The notes below the pieces were generated by a model. That model ran no database searches. It was not told where the DNA came from and saw only the letters and a list, made by a program, of their open reading frames with translations. Shown piece after piece: positions 19,559 to 30,394 of a stretch of 64,000 bases of DNA (positions within the stretch are counted from its first letter, which is position 1; every line of letters begins with the position of its first letter). The position numbers and the translations under genes are program-made. Source of the stretch: Andalucia godoyi And28 (taxonomy: Eukaryota; Protista; Jakobida); assembly GCA_009859145.1 (NCBI GenBank), contig VRVR01000031.1, positions 186,001 through 250,000 of the forward strand, in the 5' to 3' direction.

Positions 19559-22237
19559 ATGAGCGCTGGGGCAGGCCCAGTTGTTGGGAAGCTTCATCGC
19601 TTTGTTGAGCTGGTGTTTAAAGGAAAACGCGAGCTGGCGGTGTTCAAAGGATACGCATCGAAGCGAAAGTGCCTTGTGAGTCTTGCGGCTGGAGACGAAC
19701 TAGCAGTCGAGACTTCCAAACTGACGTTTGTCGTGCCATTTATTCCCAATACAGCAGTGCTTTCGCTCCAGGATTTCAAAGTCCAAACGGATAAATTGCA
19801 GAAGCAGCTTGCGCTGAAGCCGCTGGACCAGTACGACGCATTGCACAGAGCGTTCGGTACAAGGGCGTTTTCGGCTTCGGATGCTGCATCCGTCTTGTTC
19901 AACCAAGGGCTTCCAGCCGATAGAAAGGACTCGACTCCCGTTTCGGGGGATGGTGCTGAGGCTAGTGGCTGTGGCGGCGGCGACGGAGATAGCACGCACG
20001 AGATCGTGGAGAATGCACAGGACAGCAATGTTCCAGCACGTGCGTTCATGGAAGCGTATGCAGTGCATCTGATGCTGCTTGACCAAGACGTGTTTTTCCG
20101 GCCGAAGCGAAGCAGCGATCGCGAGTCGTTGTTCCTTTGCCGATCGTCGGAAGATGTTCGCTTAGCGGTGCAGCGTTGCGCAGTGGCACAAGATCGCAAA
20201 GTTTTGAATCTTCTTTGTTGCTTGAGAATCTGTGGGCGACTGAAGGAGCTAGTGAAAGAAGGTGTGCTCCCGCTTGCGGATACTCCTGTTCCGTCCGAGG
20301 ATATCCGGCGCGTTCTGTTGCACGAAATAGCCAAGAATCCAAGCAAGTACGGGCCGATGTTCAAGGATTCTGCAATGACATCGTGGAATCCGGACCTTGA
20401 TCAGCACTTCTTGCACACTCTGCAGATGTACGCATTGTTCGGACATCTTGTACAACCTCATAACTTGCATGTCGCACTTCCGTCAACGCCCATCCGCGTG
20501 CCTTCGGTTTTGATGCGAGGAAAGGGCCACATGTCCGATTCATTTGACTACATTCAGCTTGCCGACTATCTGGACGATATGCGGCACATTCCAAATGAGA
20601 TACTTCGGCCGCTGCGACGGAGACCCGGTCCTCAGGATGCCCACAGACTGTGCGTTGATCTTGGCATTTTGGATGAAGTGCAAAACATGTCGCTCTTTCT
20701 TACTCCGTTGCAGTTGGATTTCATGAAACATCACGAGGATAGTGCCGGGGAATTGGTCGCTGGTGTTCCGTCGGTCGGCTCCACCCAGCATCTGGATTAC
20801 ATCATGGGGTCACCCGACAAGCCGTATGACTGGGGTGATTTGGTAGCCTATGCTATTGACGACGCCAAGACAAGGGATGTTGACGATGCCGTATCCTTGC
20901 TGGAGGATGGTTCCATTGTTGTACATATTGCAGACCCTGGTAGGTTCTTCTCTGTGGCGAGTGAGTCTACTGACAAGGTCCACTCCATGGCGTTTGACCG
21001 CATTACATCTGTTTACCTCCCTGAAAAGACAATTCCTATGCTGCCGTCGTCCCTTTCGGAAGGCTTGTTCTCGCTAGCGGCTGACCGTCCTTGTGCCGTT
21101 CTTTCGTTCTGCGCTCGCCTGTCTTCTGATGGCACCATTTTAGAGTCAAGAATTGTGCCGGCTGTCGTTCGTCGCATTGTCCGATTAACGTACGAAGGAG
21201 TGGACGGCCTGTTGGCGGCGTACCAGGGAGCTGCTGATGGAGCTGCGCCACATTCCGTCAGAGTACTGACTGCTCTTCACCGATTTTCCGTGGCGAGAGA
21301 ACGGTTCAGGAAGGCAAGCGGTGCGATTGCAGTTGATCTTCCGCAGTGTGAATCCAGGGTCTCCTATGTCCAGACGTCTCCGAGCCGACGGGGTGATCCG
21401 CAGGTTGTTTTGGATGTGCAGAGACCGTATCTCTCGAAATCGAAGAGTCTTGTGCAGGAAATGATGGTCCTGGCGGGAAGCATTGCCGCAGCATTCACGT
21501 CGCAGTTTGCTGTTCCTGTTCCGTACCGTGTGCAAGCGCAACCGTTGCTGGATGCAGGCATATCAGCGGAATTGCATGCTGCCTCCGTCGCTTCTTTCTT
21601 GCCGGATCCTTCGAAAAACGTTTTGGGATACTCAGAAGCAGAGCTGCGCCACATTGTGTCTGGCTCGCAAATGGTCCGTAACATGACGGCAGCGATCGTG
21701 CAAGTGGAGCCTGGTCCTCACGCTGGCCTTGGGCTTCCGGGATATGTACATGTCACGTCGCCAATCCGGCGATACGGAGACCTTGTTGTTCAGAGCCAGA
21801 TCAAGTCGTTCTTGCGGAATGACACAACTGCGGGGCTTCCATTCTCCGCGGAGTCCATATCGCAGATCGTTTGCCCGCAGATGGACCGAGTTTCGCAATT
21901 AGCAACCCGACTGCAACGCGAGTCGGAGCGTTTCTGGCTGTGCTTCTACCTGGACCAGATGCTGCAGCAAGCGCGACAGAAGGGTGAGAAGTTCGTTTTG
22001 TGGGGACTCGTTACTTCGCTGGACGCATCCGATCAGCGAGGTATCTTCGGTGCAGACATCATGCTGCTGAGCCTTGGTATGCGCTGGCGGTTAGATGTCC
22101 AAGAATCCGACGCGGTTGCTCCTGGCATGGTACTGCCTGTGGTTGTGAATGAGGTTTTTGCAGATCGCAGCTTTGTGCAACTCTCTCTTCTTCGCACCCC
22201 TCCGTCGGCAACAACTCCCGTTGCACTATCTCCTTGA
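19559..22237 (+). CDS. Ribonuclease II/R family exoribonuclease (RNB domain)
   Basis: AIDDAKTRDVDDAVS, VHIADP, TSVYLPEKTIPMLP, HVTSPIRRYGDL. Confidence 0.93.
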   Translation: MSAGAGPVVGKLHRFVELVFKGKRELAVFKGYASKRKCLVSLAAGDELAVETSKLTFVVPFIPNTAVLSLQDFKVQTDKLQKQLALKPLDQYDALHRAFGTRAFSASDAASVLFNQGLPADRKDSTPVSGDGAEASGCGGGDGDSTHEIVENAQDSNVPARAFMEAYAVHLMLLDQDVFFRPKRSSDRESLFLCRSSEDVRLAVQRCAVAQDRKVLNLLCCLRICGRLKELVKEGVLPLADTPVPSEDIRRVLLHEIAKNPSKYGPMFKDSAMTSWNPDLDQHFLHTLQMYALFGHLVQPHNLHVALPSTPIRVPSVLMRGKGHMSDSFDYIQLADYLDDMRHIPNEILRPLRRRPGPQDAHRLCVDLGILDEVQNMSLFLTPLQLDFMKHHEDSAGELVAGVPSVGSTQHLDYIMGSPDKPYDWGDLVAYAIDDAKTRDVDDAVSLLEDGSIVVHIADPGRFFSVASESTDKVHSMAFDRITSVYLPEKTIPMLPSSLSEGLFSLAADRPCAVLSFCARLSSDGTILESRIVPAVVRRIVRLTYEGVDGLLAAYQGAADGAAPHSVRVLTALHRFSVARERFRKASGAIAVDLPQCESRVSYVQTSPSRRGDPQVVLDVQRPYLSKSKSLVQEMMVLAGSIAAAFTSQFAVPVPYRVQAQPLLDAGISAELHAASVASFLPDPSKNVLGYSEAELRHIVSGSQMVRNMTAAIVQVEPGPHAGLGLPGYVHVTSPIRRYGDLVVQSQIKSFLRNDTTAGLPFSAESISQIVCPQMDRVSQLATRLQRESERFWLCFYLDQMLQQARQKGEKFVLWGLVTSLDASDQRGIFGADIMLLSLGMRWRLDVQESDAVAPGMVLPVVVNEVFADRSFVQLSLLRTPPSATTPVALSP

Positions 22238-22351
22238 TCGCTGCGCTATACATTTTCCATTTTCCCCACAGTCTATTTGTTGCTCATATTTACTGTACAG
22301 AATGTATTCAAACTTGGAATAAAGCGACAACCGCTTTTTGCGTATTCTTCC

Positions 22352-23914
22352 TCACGCAATCCTTGAAAGAACAGCCTTGCGGATGGCTTCTTCGTTCACA
22401 GCCGAGGCATACTTCTTGTCTTCAGCGCTCTCTAAACGATCGCGAGCAAGTATGATCTCCTTCCATCGTTGCTCCCGAACCTCGCGAAGTAATTTCTCAG
22501 ACGCAAATTTCTGTGCTTTCTGCGCCAGAATCCGCTGCTTGATCTCTGCTGCAATGTTCTCCTTCAGCATGTCTACCTGTTCAGAGTAATATTTTTGCTG
22601 AGCAGCCTTTGCTACGCGCTGATGAGCCTCACGTTCGCGTTCCTCAGCCTTCGTGATTGCCTTCTCAACCAACAAGCGTTCCTTTTCCAGACGGAGAATG
22701 TCGTGCCAGATGTTCTTGAACATTGTTTCCTCCTTTGACTTGCGGCGAATCATGACGGCCTTGGTCTCTCGTTCTTGCTCCACTTTGAACCTGTCTTCAC
22801 GCAAATGATCCACTTTCTTTTGCAGCATCGCATTGCGAAGCGCAAGCTCCTCGTCAACCTTGGAACGCATCAAGATCATCTTCTGCACATCGGCGGTGAT
22901 CTTGTCCAACTCCAAGTGAAATGGAGATGACTTCTGTTTACCCGCGCCGCTGGCCCTGGAAGAAGCAGATGCTGGCCGAGCGGACAACACGGCACGTCCA
23001 CGAGCATCTGCTGTCTTTGGACGCTCGCCATTTCGTCCAAACGCTGCATGAGTACCAGCACCGCTGCCGCCGTGGGATGTCGCTGAGCCTCTCGAGTTCG
23101 AAGAAGGTTCCGCCACCTTTGGAGTCGGAAAGTGCTCCTCGGACGAATCGCTGGTTCCTGTTCCTGTTCCCCTCCTTGTCCTCGCCTCCTCTCCTTCCGA
23201 TAGCAAGACGTGCGACTTAGAGGTAGCCGATTTCCTGCGATCTCTTTTGCGGTCATCTGAATCACTTTCCGACGACGAGCGCTCCTCCGAGTCCATTGCT
23301 TCAAACTGGCTTTTGAACGCCATTGAGCCGGACGGCGCCTTATTCACTGCCGACTCTTCGGAGTCGCTGTCGAACCGCACGCGGTCATTTCGTGGAGAAG
23401 CTGGTACGTCGCTGCTGCTCGCGCTCGAATGCGGCTCAAGCCCAAGGTCTGCATTTTGACTTTTGAATCTTTGTTGCTTTTGTACAAGATCCATCAACTC
23501 CTGGTGACCCTGATCCGAAGTCACATGCTGGTCTTTGCCCGCTTCTCTGCTCTCAGAAACAGCCTTTGCGTACTCAAGAACACCGTAAATTTCATAAATG
23601 ATGTCAATCATTGCAAAGACAGTTTCTGGCTTCTTGTCGACGAGGTCCGACGCAGCAATATGCGGGAGCTTCGTCCCAATGACCTGGGCCACAGCATCGA
23701 TGACCTGCTGAGAATTCCACAAGTGATCCCGCCGCGACACAGGGGGTCTTACGATCGACGCAATTCGCACACCAATCATCTTTTCAAAAAGCACAACAAA
23801 CATCGAATCCGAACACGCATCCACAGAAGACACCGCTCGCGAAACACCCAGTTTATCCAGCAATTCATTCACTCGATTAATGTGAATAAGTTCGGAGGCT
23901 GAACTTCCCTTCAT
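22352..23914 (-). CDS. CEP95: CEP95-like centrosomal protein (N-terminal DUF5745-like domain, C-terminal coiled coil)
   Basis: SMFVVLFEKMIG...HLWNSQQVID...LPHIAASDLVDKK...MIDI N-terminus; coiled coil with QQKYYSEQVDMLKE. Confidence 0.65.
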   Translation of the reverse strand: MKGSSASELIHINRVNELLDKLGVSRAVSSVDACSDSMFVVLFEKMIGVRIASIVRPPVSRRDHLWNSQQVIDAVAQVIGTKLPHIAASDLVDKKPETVFAMIDIIYEIYGVLEYAKAVSESREAGKDQHVTSDQGHQELMDLVQKQQRFKSQNADLGLEPHSSASSSDVPASPRNDRVRFDSDSEESAVNKAPSGSMAFKSQFEAMDSEERSSSESDSDDRKRDRRKSATSKSHVLLSEGEEARTRRGTGTGTSDSSEEHFPTPKVAEPSSNSRGSATSHGGSGAGTHAAFGRNGERPKTADARGRAVLSARPASASSRASGAGKQKSSPFHLELDKITADVQKMILMRSKVDEELALRNAMLQKKVDHLREDRFKVEQERETKAVMIRRKSKEETMFKNIWHDILRLEKERLLVEKAITKAEEREREAHQRVAKAAQQKYYSEQVDMLKENIAAEIKQRILAQKAQKFASEKLLREVREQRWKEIILARDRLESAEDKKYASAVNEEAIRKAVLSRIA

Positions 23915-24440
23915 TTTCTCACCGTGCCTTTTCCTCCTCCTCCTCGCCCTATTTCTACAATCAGTTGAATACAAATAACAATAACAATAACAATGATGAT
24001 TATATAATCAATCAACAGCAGTTCAAAATTATATCCGTATATGAATGAAGGAAGAAAAAAAAAGAAAAAAAAATAATATCTAAGAAACCCAGAGTCGTCG
24101 TCAGCATAGTCAATCGTCGACATTGAGAACGGTTTCTGTTGTTTTGCCAAAAAAGGCACACATGCCTAAAGCAGAAAAGCGCCGATTTTTCCCAATTCAG
24201 AAATGGTCCGGCAGAAAGAAGCGTTTTTTATTGTTGCGGGCTTTTTTTTGCAGAAGAAGGGGGGGGTTGTAGGTATCTGCTGTAGTTTCCCAGCTGCCGT
24301 AACGCTGCCTTTTTTGCGCGGGTCGCCTGCGCAGCACTGCTGAGGATTATGGTGACAGCAGGGAATTAATATTTGCGAATCACAGGGTGTGAGAGGGAGA
24401 GGAGGGGGGAAAGATAGAGAATAGGAAAGAAGACGGCAAG

Positions 24441-26480
24441 ATGGAGGTGATAGTGAATCCGTCGAATTTGGCGAGTCGGTTTGCGGAGATGGCGAATGAG
24501 CCGAGTGTTCGATCGTCGTTTGTGCTTTTTTCAAAGATACTTGACTGTCATCCGCTTGATCGGTCTGTGTTTGTGCATCATTACCGGACCGTTCTTTCGA
24601 AATTGTGCAAAGGGGTATCGTGGCTTGATGTCGGCAGCCGCCAAAAGGAGTTTTCACAGCAGCTGTGGAGTGTTTTCAATCGAACCTCCAAGTTTTTCGA
24701 CATTCTAGTTGAGCTGCAACGGATGAAAAACCGCGGGTTTGAGTTTCGGTTTGAGACGAAGCTGCTTCCTGAGCCTGCGCTGCTCGAGTTCAAGGTGGAC
24801 ACCAGAAGGCATTTTCTGGCCGAGTTTATGGAACCGGATGGATCGCACATCCTGGTCGGTGCTCTCGACTGCTTTGTCCTGGAGCTGCTTTACTACATCT
24901 CACAGCGCACTGTCTTTGCTCCGAACGGCAGCCGAAGACCCGAGGACAAGGTGTTTCCAATTGACATTTTGATGCTAGATGAAGTTGTTCGGCTGTACGT
25001 AGTCATGTTTCCAGAGAATGTGAACCGACTTGTGTGTTTTGCAAACATGTTTCTGTTCCAGTTATCGCACTATATTCTTCCGCAAAAGAATCCAGCAGGA
25101 CTGGCTACGCTGGATGTGTATCGGCTGCACCGTGTCCTGAAGGCCGGGAGATGCTTCTTGGTCGCGCTGCGCGGTGGCCCGCAAAATCGACATGCTGCAG
25201 CACTCAATGTCCATTCCCGAGGCGGTTCGTCGCGGGTCTTTCAGTCGTTTCTCGCCAGTTCATCATCATCGCCGTCGTCATCATCATCGTCGCTGTCTGC
25301 TGCAGAAAATGCGAGTCCAGGAAAGGGATCCTCGTCTGCATCGTCTGCATCCCCGACACCTCGAGTGGCACTCACAAATGTGTTTAAAGAACTGGATCGT
25401 GATGTCTATCTGTGCGTCAAGTTTGTATTTTCGTGCTCGGATTTCACATGGGAGGATCGGTCGCTGCATTTTGTTTTCAACAATCTCCAGAACCAGGCGG
25501 TCAAGCTGTGGACCGAATGGGTGGGGCCAGCAATGGTGTGCGGCGAACGGAAACCGTGGAATGGAAAGCCGGTGTATGTCGTGGATGCTCCAGCAAAGTT
25601 TTTGATCCAGGATCGTTTCTGGAATTTTACAGGGCTCTTGCTGACGTACTTGTCCAAGATGCCCACGGGCATCATGAAGTGTGGCCGATCTGCGTCGCTG
25701 AAGCATGTTCAGCGCGTTCTGGATTTCATTCGCCAGATCGTCATTTTCAACGACGACGGGGTTCCATTCCTGAAGGTGTACGAATCGTTGCCTGTCCCGA
25801 AGGCTGTTGTCTGTTTTGACGAAGCGCTGCGAAAGGATTCCTGGCTGGATCGGTCCTTTACCGGTAGTCCAGGGGCGCTCTTTCACTCTGCGTATTTCCA
25901 CGAGAGGCTGTTCAAGTTCTGTCTTGCCATCCGATCCTGCCCTGCACCCCATCCGATCTTTGAAGAGGACGATTCAGACGACGACGAAGACGGATCCATC
26001 AGCACGTCTGTTTCGCGCCGCATCGTTCGTCCAGTCAAGCGATTGTTCGTGTACGGTTCTATTGATGATGACAAGCGGAGAAAACGACGTGTTTTAGCAT
26101 TGGACATTGTGCAGGCTTTTGGAGGCCTTCCACCGCAGTATTCTCTAAAGTCCGTTCGCTTGCCAGAAGACTCTGTAATGAAGAACGTTTACGCGGAAAC
26201 GGATCCAGATGGCAGACTCACACGCGATGGAGCCTTGGATGTTCTGGATGGCAAAAAGATCTTCCCTCCGAACCTCCACCGGCGTTCTATGCTTCGCTCG
26301 CCGGTGCACCCGTTGGAAATCCCACGAAGCTTCGAGATCGCCTGGATCGTCAGTTTGACGGCAGTGCTTTACTCCAGGTTTGGTGTCAACATGCGATTTC
26401 TCGCAGACCGCGATGTGCTTGCTCGCTATGTGTTTATGAGCTGCATGGCGTGCTTGCTTTACTTCATCTTTATTCGTTAA
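24441..26480 (+). CDS. Sphingomyelin phosphodiesterase 4 (SMPD4)-like protein
   Basis: C-terminal PLEIPRSFEIAWIVSL...VNMRFLADR followed by a TM segment resembles the SMPD4 C-terminus. Confidence 0.55.
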   Translation: MEVIVNPSNLASRFAEMANEPSVRSSFVLFSKILDCHPLDRSVFVHHYRTVLSKLCKGVSWLDVGSRQKEFSQQLWSVFNRTSKFFDILVELQRMKNRGFEFRFETKLLPEPALLEFKVDTRRHFLAEFMEPDGSHILVGALDCFVLELLYYISQRTVFAPNGSRRPEDKVFPIDILMLDEVVRLYVVMFPENVNRLVCFANMFLFQLSHYILPQKNPAGLATLDVYRLHRVLKAGRCFLVALRGGPQNRHAAALNVHSRGGSSRVFQSFLASSSSSPSSSSSSLSAAENASPGKGSSSASSASPTPRVALTNVFKELDRDVYLCVKFVFSCSDFTWEDRSLHFVFNNLQNQAVKLWTEWVGPAMVCGERKPWNGKPVYVVDAPAKFLIQDRFWNFTGLLLTYLSKMPTGIMKCGRSASLKHVQRVLDFIRQIVIFNDDGVPFLKVYESLPVPKAVVCFDEALRKDSWLDRSFTGSPGALFHSAYFHERLFKFCLAIRSCPAPHPIFEEDDSDDDEDGSISTSVSRRIVRPVKRLFVYGSIDDDKRRKRRVLALDIVQAFGGLPPQYSLKSVRLPEDSVMKNVYAETDPDGRLTRDGALDVLDGKKIFPPNLHRRSMLRSPVHPLEIPRSFEIAWIVSLTAVLYSRFGVNMRFLADRDVLARYVFMSCMACLLYFIFIR

Positions 26481-26682
26481 ATGCAGCTGCTTGATTCGCC
26501 AGTATAAAAATAAAATAAAATAATAATAATAATAATAAAAAGAGTCTCCTTCCTGTGGAACGAGCAAACTCCTCTCGACTTTCTTTTTTAAATGGATGTC
26601 ATCATGCTTGCTGCAGCATGTTCCGGCTCTGTATGTACATTCCCGACCCTCCTTTGGATTTGCGGGCATGGGCTCGAAATCT

Positions 26683-29589
26683 TCAAAAGTAGTCATCATC
26701 GTCTCCGCCGTTGTCGCTCTTTGCAAAACCCGAGGACTCGGCCTCTGAAACCGTGTCCTTGTGGAGATTGTCAGACGACGCAACAGACTTTTGAGAAGGA
26801 GTTGGCGACACCACTGCCGGACGTGCAACGGAAGCGGATCCTTGCGACGCCCACGCTCCACCGCTCGAGCTGGAAAGAGGCTGAGACTGGGATTCCCGTT
26901 GCTTGCGCACCAATTCAAGGTAGTAGTTGATATCCTTGGATTCTGTGACGTCTACAGAGTCCGTAACCTTCGGCGCAGGCAGTCGATCTTCAGCAGCGGC
27001 AATTCTTGGGGATTCGTCACCGGCGGAAGGGGCAGGTTGTGGCTCAACGCTGGACCGTGCGGGCAGCGCTTCCACTTCAGGAATATCATCGACTGCGATT
27101 GAATCGTCGTCGCTCTCACCACCCATTCTATCAGTGCTTTGTCGCTCACCAGAGTTTTCAGAATCGGATAGCACAGGCGAGAACGCGGCCACCCTGTCAC
27201 GGTCGTCCATTCGAGACTCTGGACGCGCAGGAACAGGAGAATGCGCCCGTTCGATATGCGGTGACTTTTCCTGTCGGAATTCGGCAACGGTGCCAATTAA
27301 GTCCTCTGACGGAGACGACACTCGCGACTGTTGGTCCATTACGTTATGCTCAGCAACCAAAGGAGACGGCGCCACATCGGAGTTCTCATGGGCTGTACCT
27401 TCAACAACGGCACCACCATGAAGCGGCTCGGGCGCTTCTTCGGGAGTCTTCGCGGTTTCGCTGTTTATCGCAGAGGCAACTGGCGAGAGATCCTCGACGA
27501 CAGACGAAGCAGCGTACACGGGAACTGCAATTGACGAAGAGGGTGGAGCAAGCGATGCTGCGGTCATTCGTGCCTCCCGAAGCTGGGATCGCAACGCGTT
27601 GCATTCCTCTTGACTGAATCGGAGATCTTCGCGCGCAGCCTTCACATCGGACTGCAATCTTACGATTGTTCTTTCCGACTCTTGGATGGACCGTTCGAGT
27701 GACGCAATTCTGTTCTTCAACTCCGCAGCCTCCAATCGCAACCGAGATATCTCTTCGTTCTTTTCCCGCTCCAACGACGACAACGACAATGAGGAGGAGG
27801 ATGCGGAGGAGGTTGCATTGGAGGTGGCCATTTCTGCCTGGCGTTTCCATGTATCACGATCCAAAAGCGTGTCTTCATAGCGTCGTTGTGCGGCATCTCG
27901 CGCGCGTTCGACATCATCAATCCTCCTTTTCAGCCCGGACAACTGCACCTCGAGGTCTCCTGCAGCAGCCGAGTCTCGTCGTCTGGATTCCGAAGCTTGC
28001 TCGCGGTACGAGTTAATTTCCGCTTCGAAGGACCGCACGATGCGCTGCGATTCATCCAGAGAAACGACAGCTGCCATGTACTTTGATCTCCAGTCGGAGC
28101 CTTCCCCGCGCAGCTTTGCAATCTCTCGCTGCTGCTCATCCGTTTTTTCTCGATACGTATCCACCATGGTTCGGTACTTTTCAATTTCCTGGAACTTTGG
28201 TTGGAAGTATTGCTCAGCGTCTCGTTGCAGTAAGTTACGCTCCATGGACAGCTCTTCATATTTCCGCAATGCATTCTCCTTGGCGCGCTGCTCTTCTTCG
28301 AACCTTCGTTCCATGAGTGCCATTTCTGTTTCCATCTCTCGCAAAATCGCCTCGCGTTTTCGGAGCTGCACGTTTTCCTGGCGGTATTCCTTGACATCGT
28401 TCTCTAGCATCTTGACTGTCGCGCGGGCTTCCTCCAGCGAGGTCAGAATCGACGCATTTCTGCACTTCACGTCGGTGCATTCGGTTCTTACTCGCGCCAT
28501 TTCTAGCCGCTCATCATCGAACTGCGCCCTTTCCTTTTCCAACAAGGCCTTCTTCTCTGCCCACTCCGCCTCGAGCTTTGCAACCGCATGATGAATCCCC
28601 GTTGCAATCCGAGCCTGCATAGCGTCCTTTTCCTTCAGCAGCTCCGATTCCCTCTCCTTCAGTTTGAAATCCGCCTCTCGAATCGCCGTCCACGCGATTT
28701 CTTCCCGTCTCTTGATCTCCTGCTCTCGTTCATCAAGCCGCGCCTGATATTCGAGCAACCGCTGACGCGCCGCGAACATCTCCTGGTCCCTCTCCAGCGC
28801 CAGTCGATCATTGCGTTCCTGAAATTCCTGCTCTCTCCTTGTTTGCGCATTCACACGCGATGCAAACTGCTCTTCCATATCTGCTCGAATCGTCGCAAGT
28901 TTCACTCTGTACTTTTCGACCTCTTCTGCTCGGATCTTGTTTGCCTCGATCGACGCCCACCGCTCCATCTCGCTCTGCAGCCTCTTCGCGTACCGCGCCT
29001 CAGCTTCTCTTTCCATTTTCCCCATTCGCTCCTCAATCGTCATCTGGATGCTGTGCTCTTCAAGCTGCATTTTGCTTGACGAAGCAGTTTCAAGCTGCCG
29101 AAACCGATGTTCCAACGGGTTCATAATGTGGCCATCCGACGTCTGTGTCTCCACGCTATGTGCGCTCAGTCCGCCCGTTTTCGACACAGAGTAGACGATG
29201 TTCTCAAGCTGCGAAATCGACGTGTTTCGAAGCATCCACTGCGGAACCGACAACACAGAGCTCGCATCTGACACATGGTCGCCACACCCGGCTTCCGGCA
29301 CAAACACCGACCTCGACAAGTCGAACTTCTGGTACGAAAGATACTCGGACACAAGACAGTCAATCGCACGCAGCTTCAATGTGCGTCCTCTCTTCAACGA
29401 CAACGACGACGACGACGAAGAAGAAGACTGCTGTCGAGGCTCAGATCCGGCACCAGATGAAGCAGCATCCGGAAGTGACGGAACCGACTCGAGAATCACT
29501 CGGCTCCGAAGCGACGCTTTCAGTGCATCCAAAGAACCATTCTTGACAAGTTTGTCAAAGATCCTCTGTTGAAACTCAGCAACATCCAT
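26683..29589 (-). CDS. OFD1: OFD1-like centriolar protein (LisH + coiled coils)
   Basis: LVKNGSLDALKASLRSRVI, AIDCLVSEYLSYQKFDLSRSVFVPEAG (LisH), long coiled coils. Confidence 0.8.
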   Translation of the reverse strand: MDVAEFQQRIFDKLVKNGSLDALKASLRSRVILESVPSLPDAASSGAGSEPRQQSSSSSSSSLSLKRGRTLKLRAIDCLVSEYLSYQKFDLSRSVFVPEAGCGDHVSDASSVLSVPQWMLRNTSISQLENIVYSVSKTGGLSAHSVETQTSDGHIMNPLEHRFRQLETASSSKMQLEEHSIQMTIEERMGKMEREAEARYAKRLQSEMERWASIEANKIRAEEVEKYRVKLATIRADMEEQFASRVNAQTRREQEFQERNDRLALERDQEMFAARQRLLEYQARLDEREQEIKRREEIAWTAIREADFKLKERESELLKEKDAMQARIATGIHHAVAKLEAEWAEKKALLEKERAQFDDERLEMARVRTECTDVKCRNASILTSLEEARATVKMLENDVKEYRQENVQLRKREAILREMETEMALMERRFEEEQRAKENALRKYEELSMERNLLQRDAEQYFQPKFQEIEKYRTMVDTYREKTDEQQREIAKLRGEGSDWRSKYMAAVVSLDESQRIVRSFEAEINSYREQASESRRRDSAAAGDLEVQLSGLKRRIDDVERARDAAQRRYEDTLLDRDTWKRQAEMATSNATSSASSSSLSLSSLEREKNEEISRLRLEAAELKNRIASLERSIQESERTIVRLQSDVKAAREDLRFSQEECNALRSQLREARMTAASLAPPSSSIAVPVYAASSVVEDLSPVASAINSETAKTPEEAPEPLHGGAVVEGTAHENSDVAPSPLVAEHNVMDQQSRVSSPSEDLIGTVAEFRQEKSPHIERAHSPVPARPESRMDDRDRVAAFSPVLSDSENSGERQSTDRMGGESDDDSIAVDDIPEVEALPARSSVEPQPAPSAGDESPRIAAAEDRLPAPKVTDSVDVTESKDINYYLELVRKQRESQSQPLSSSSGGAWASQGSASVARPAVVSPTPSQKSVASSDNLHKDTVSEAESSGFAKSDNGGDDDDYF

Positions 29590-29905
29590 TCCTTTTCTTT
29601 AAAAAATAATAATAATAAATAATAATAAACAGAAAAAGAAAATAATAATAATAATGAATACATGTATAAACTGGAGAAAACAGCAACAAACGCAAAATGC
29701 AGAGAACATTCATAGTCTAATATAGGAAGCAAGTTCATTATAGTGCTTAACGATACTCTTGCATCACGTGAAATGGGTTGATGCTGCACTCGCATTGTTT
29801 TTGTTGTTGTCTGAAAATGGTGTTTTCTTGTTCTTGTTCTTGTTCTTGTTCTTCTTTTGTTTTCTGTTGGTTGGCGGAGAGTCAACGAGCGCGGGGGTGG
29901 TGGTG

Positions 29906-30235
29906 ATGTCGAAGCATAATCCGGATCTTGTGATGTGTCGACGGCTAGTTGGGATTGGGGCTGCTCGATTATGCGACAAGTGCGATGGCCGATGTCCGAT
30001 CTGCGATTCGTATGTCCAACCGACTGTAAAGGCCCGGGTTTGCGACGATTGCAATTCCGGTCCGGCACAGGGCCGATGCATCATTTGCGGAGGCCCTGGG
30101 ACCGCAGATGCTTTCTACTGCAGGTCATGTGCTGCTCTTGAAAAAGATCGCGATGGATGCCCCCGAATCATCAACGTTGGTGCCGCCAAAGCTGACATGT
30201 TTTACGAGCGCCGAAAACAGCTCGGAAAATCGTAA
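29906..30235 (+). CDS. PHF5A: SF3b subunit PHF5A/Rds3
   Basis: [11 protein letters not shown]...[15 protein letters not shown]...DAFYCRSC...[14 protein letters not shown]...FYERRK; ATG at 29906. Confidence 0.95.
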   Translation: MSKHNPDLVMCRRLVGIGAARLCDKCDGRCPICDSYVQPTVKARVCDDCNSGPAQGRCIICGGPGTADAFYCRSCAALEKDRDGCPRIINVGAAKADMFYERRKQLGKS

Positions 30236-30295
30236 TAAATCGACTGTAGATAGCATCGATCTCCTTTTTGTACGGCAGGTGTGGCGGCTGCTTCA

Positions 30296-30311
30296 CCGCC
30301 AAAATTCCCGC
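30296..30311. promoter_or_regulatory. Double E2F-like site upstream of p31comet
   Basis: CCGCCAAAATTCCCGC: TTTTGGCGG on the minus strand plus ATTCCCGC on the plus strand, about 85 bp before ATG 30395. Confidence 0.4.
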
Positions 30312-30394
30312 ACCTTGTTGCTCTTGCTATTCTTCAACCCATTTTTGCTTCAGTCTTTCGAATCCTTCTTTGAGATGATGCAGATTGCAAAACC

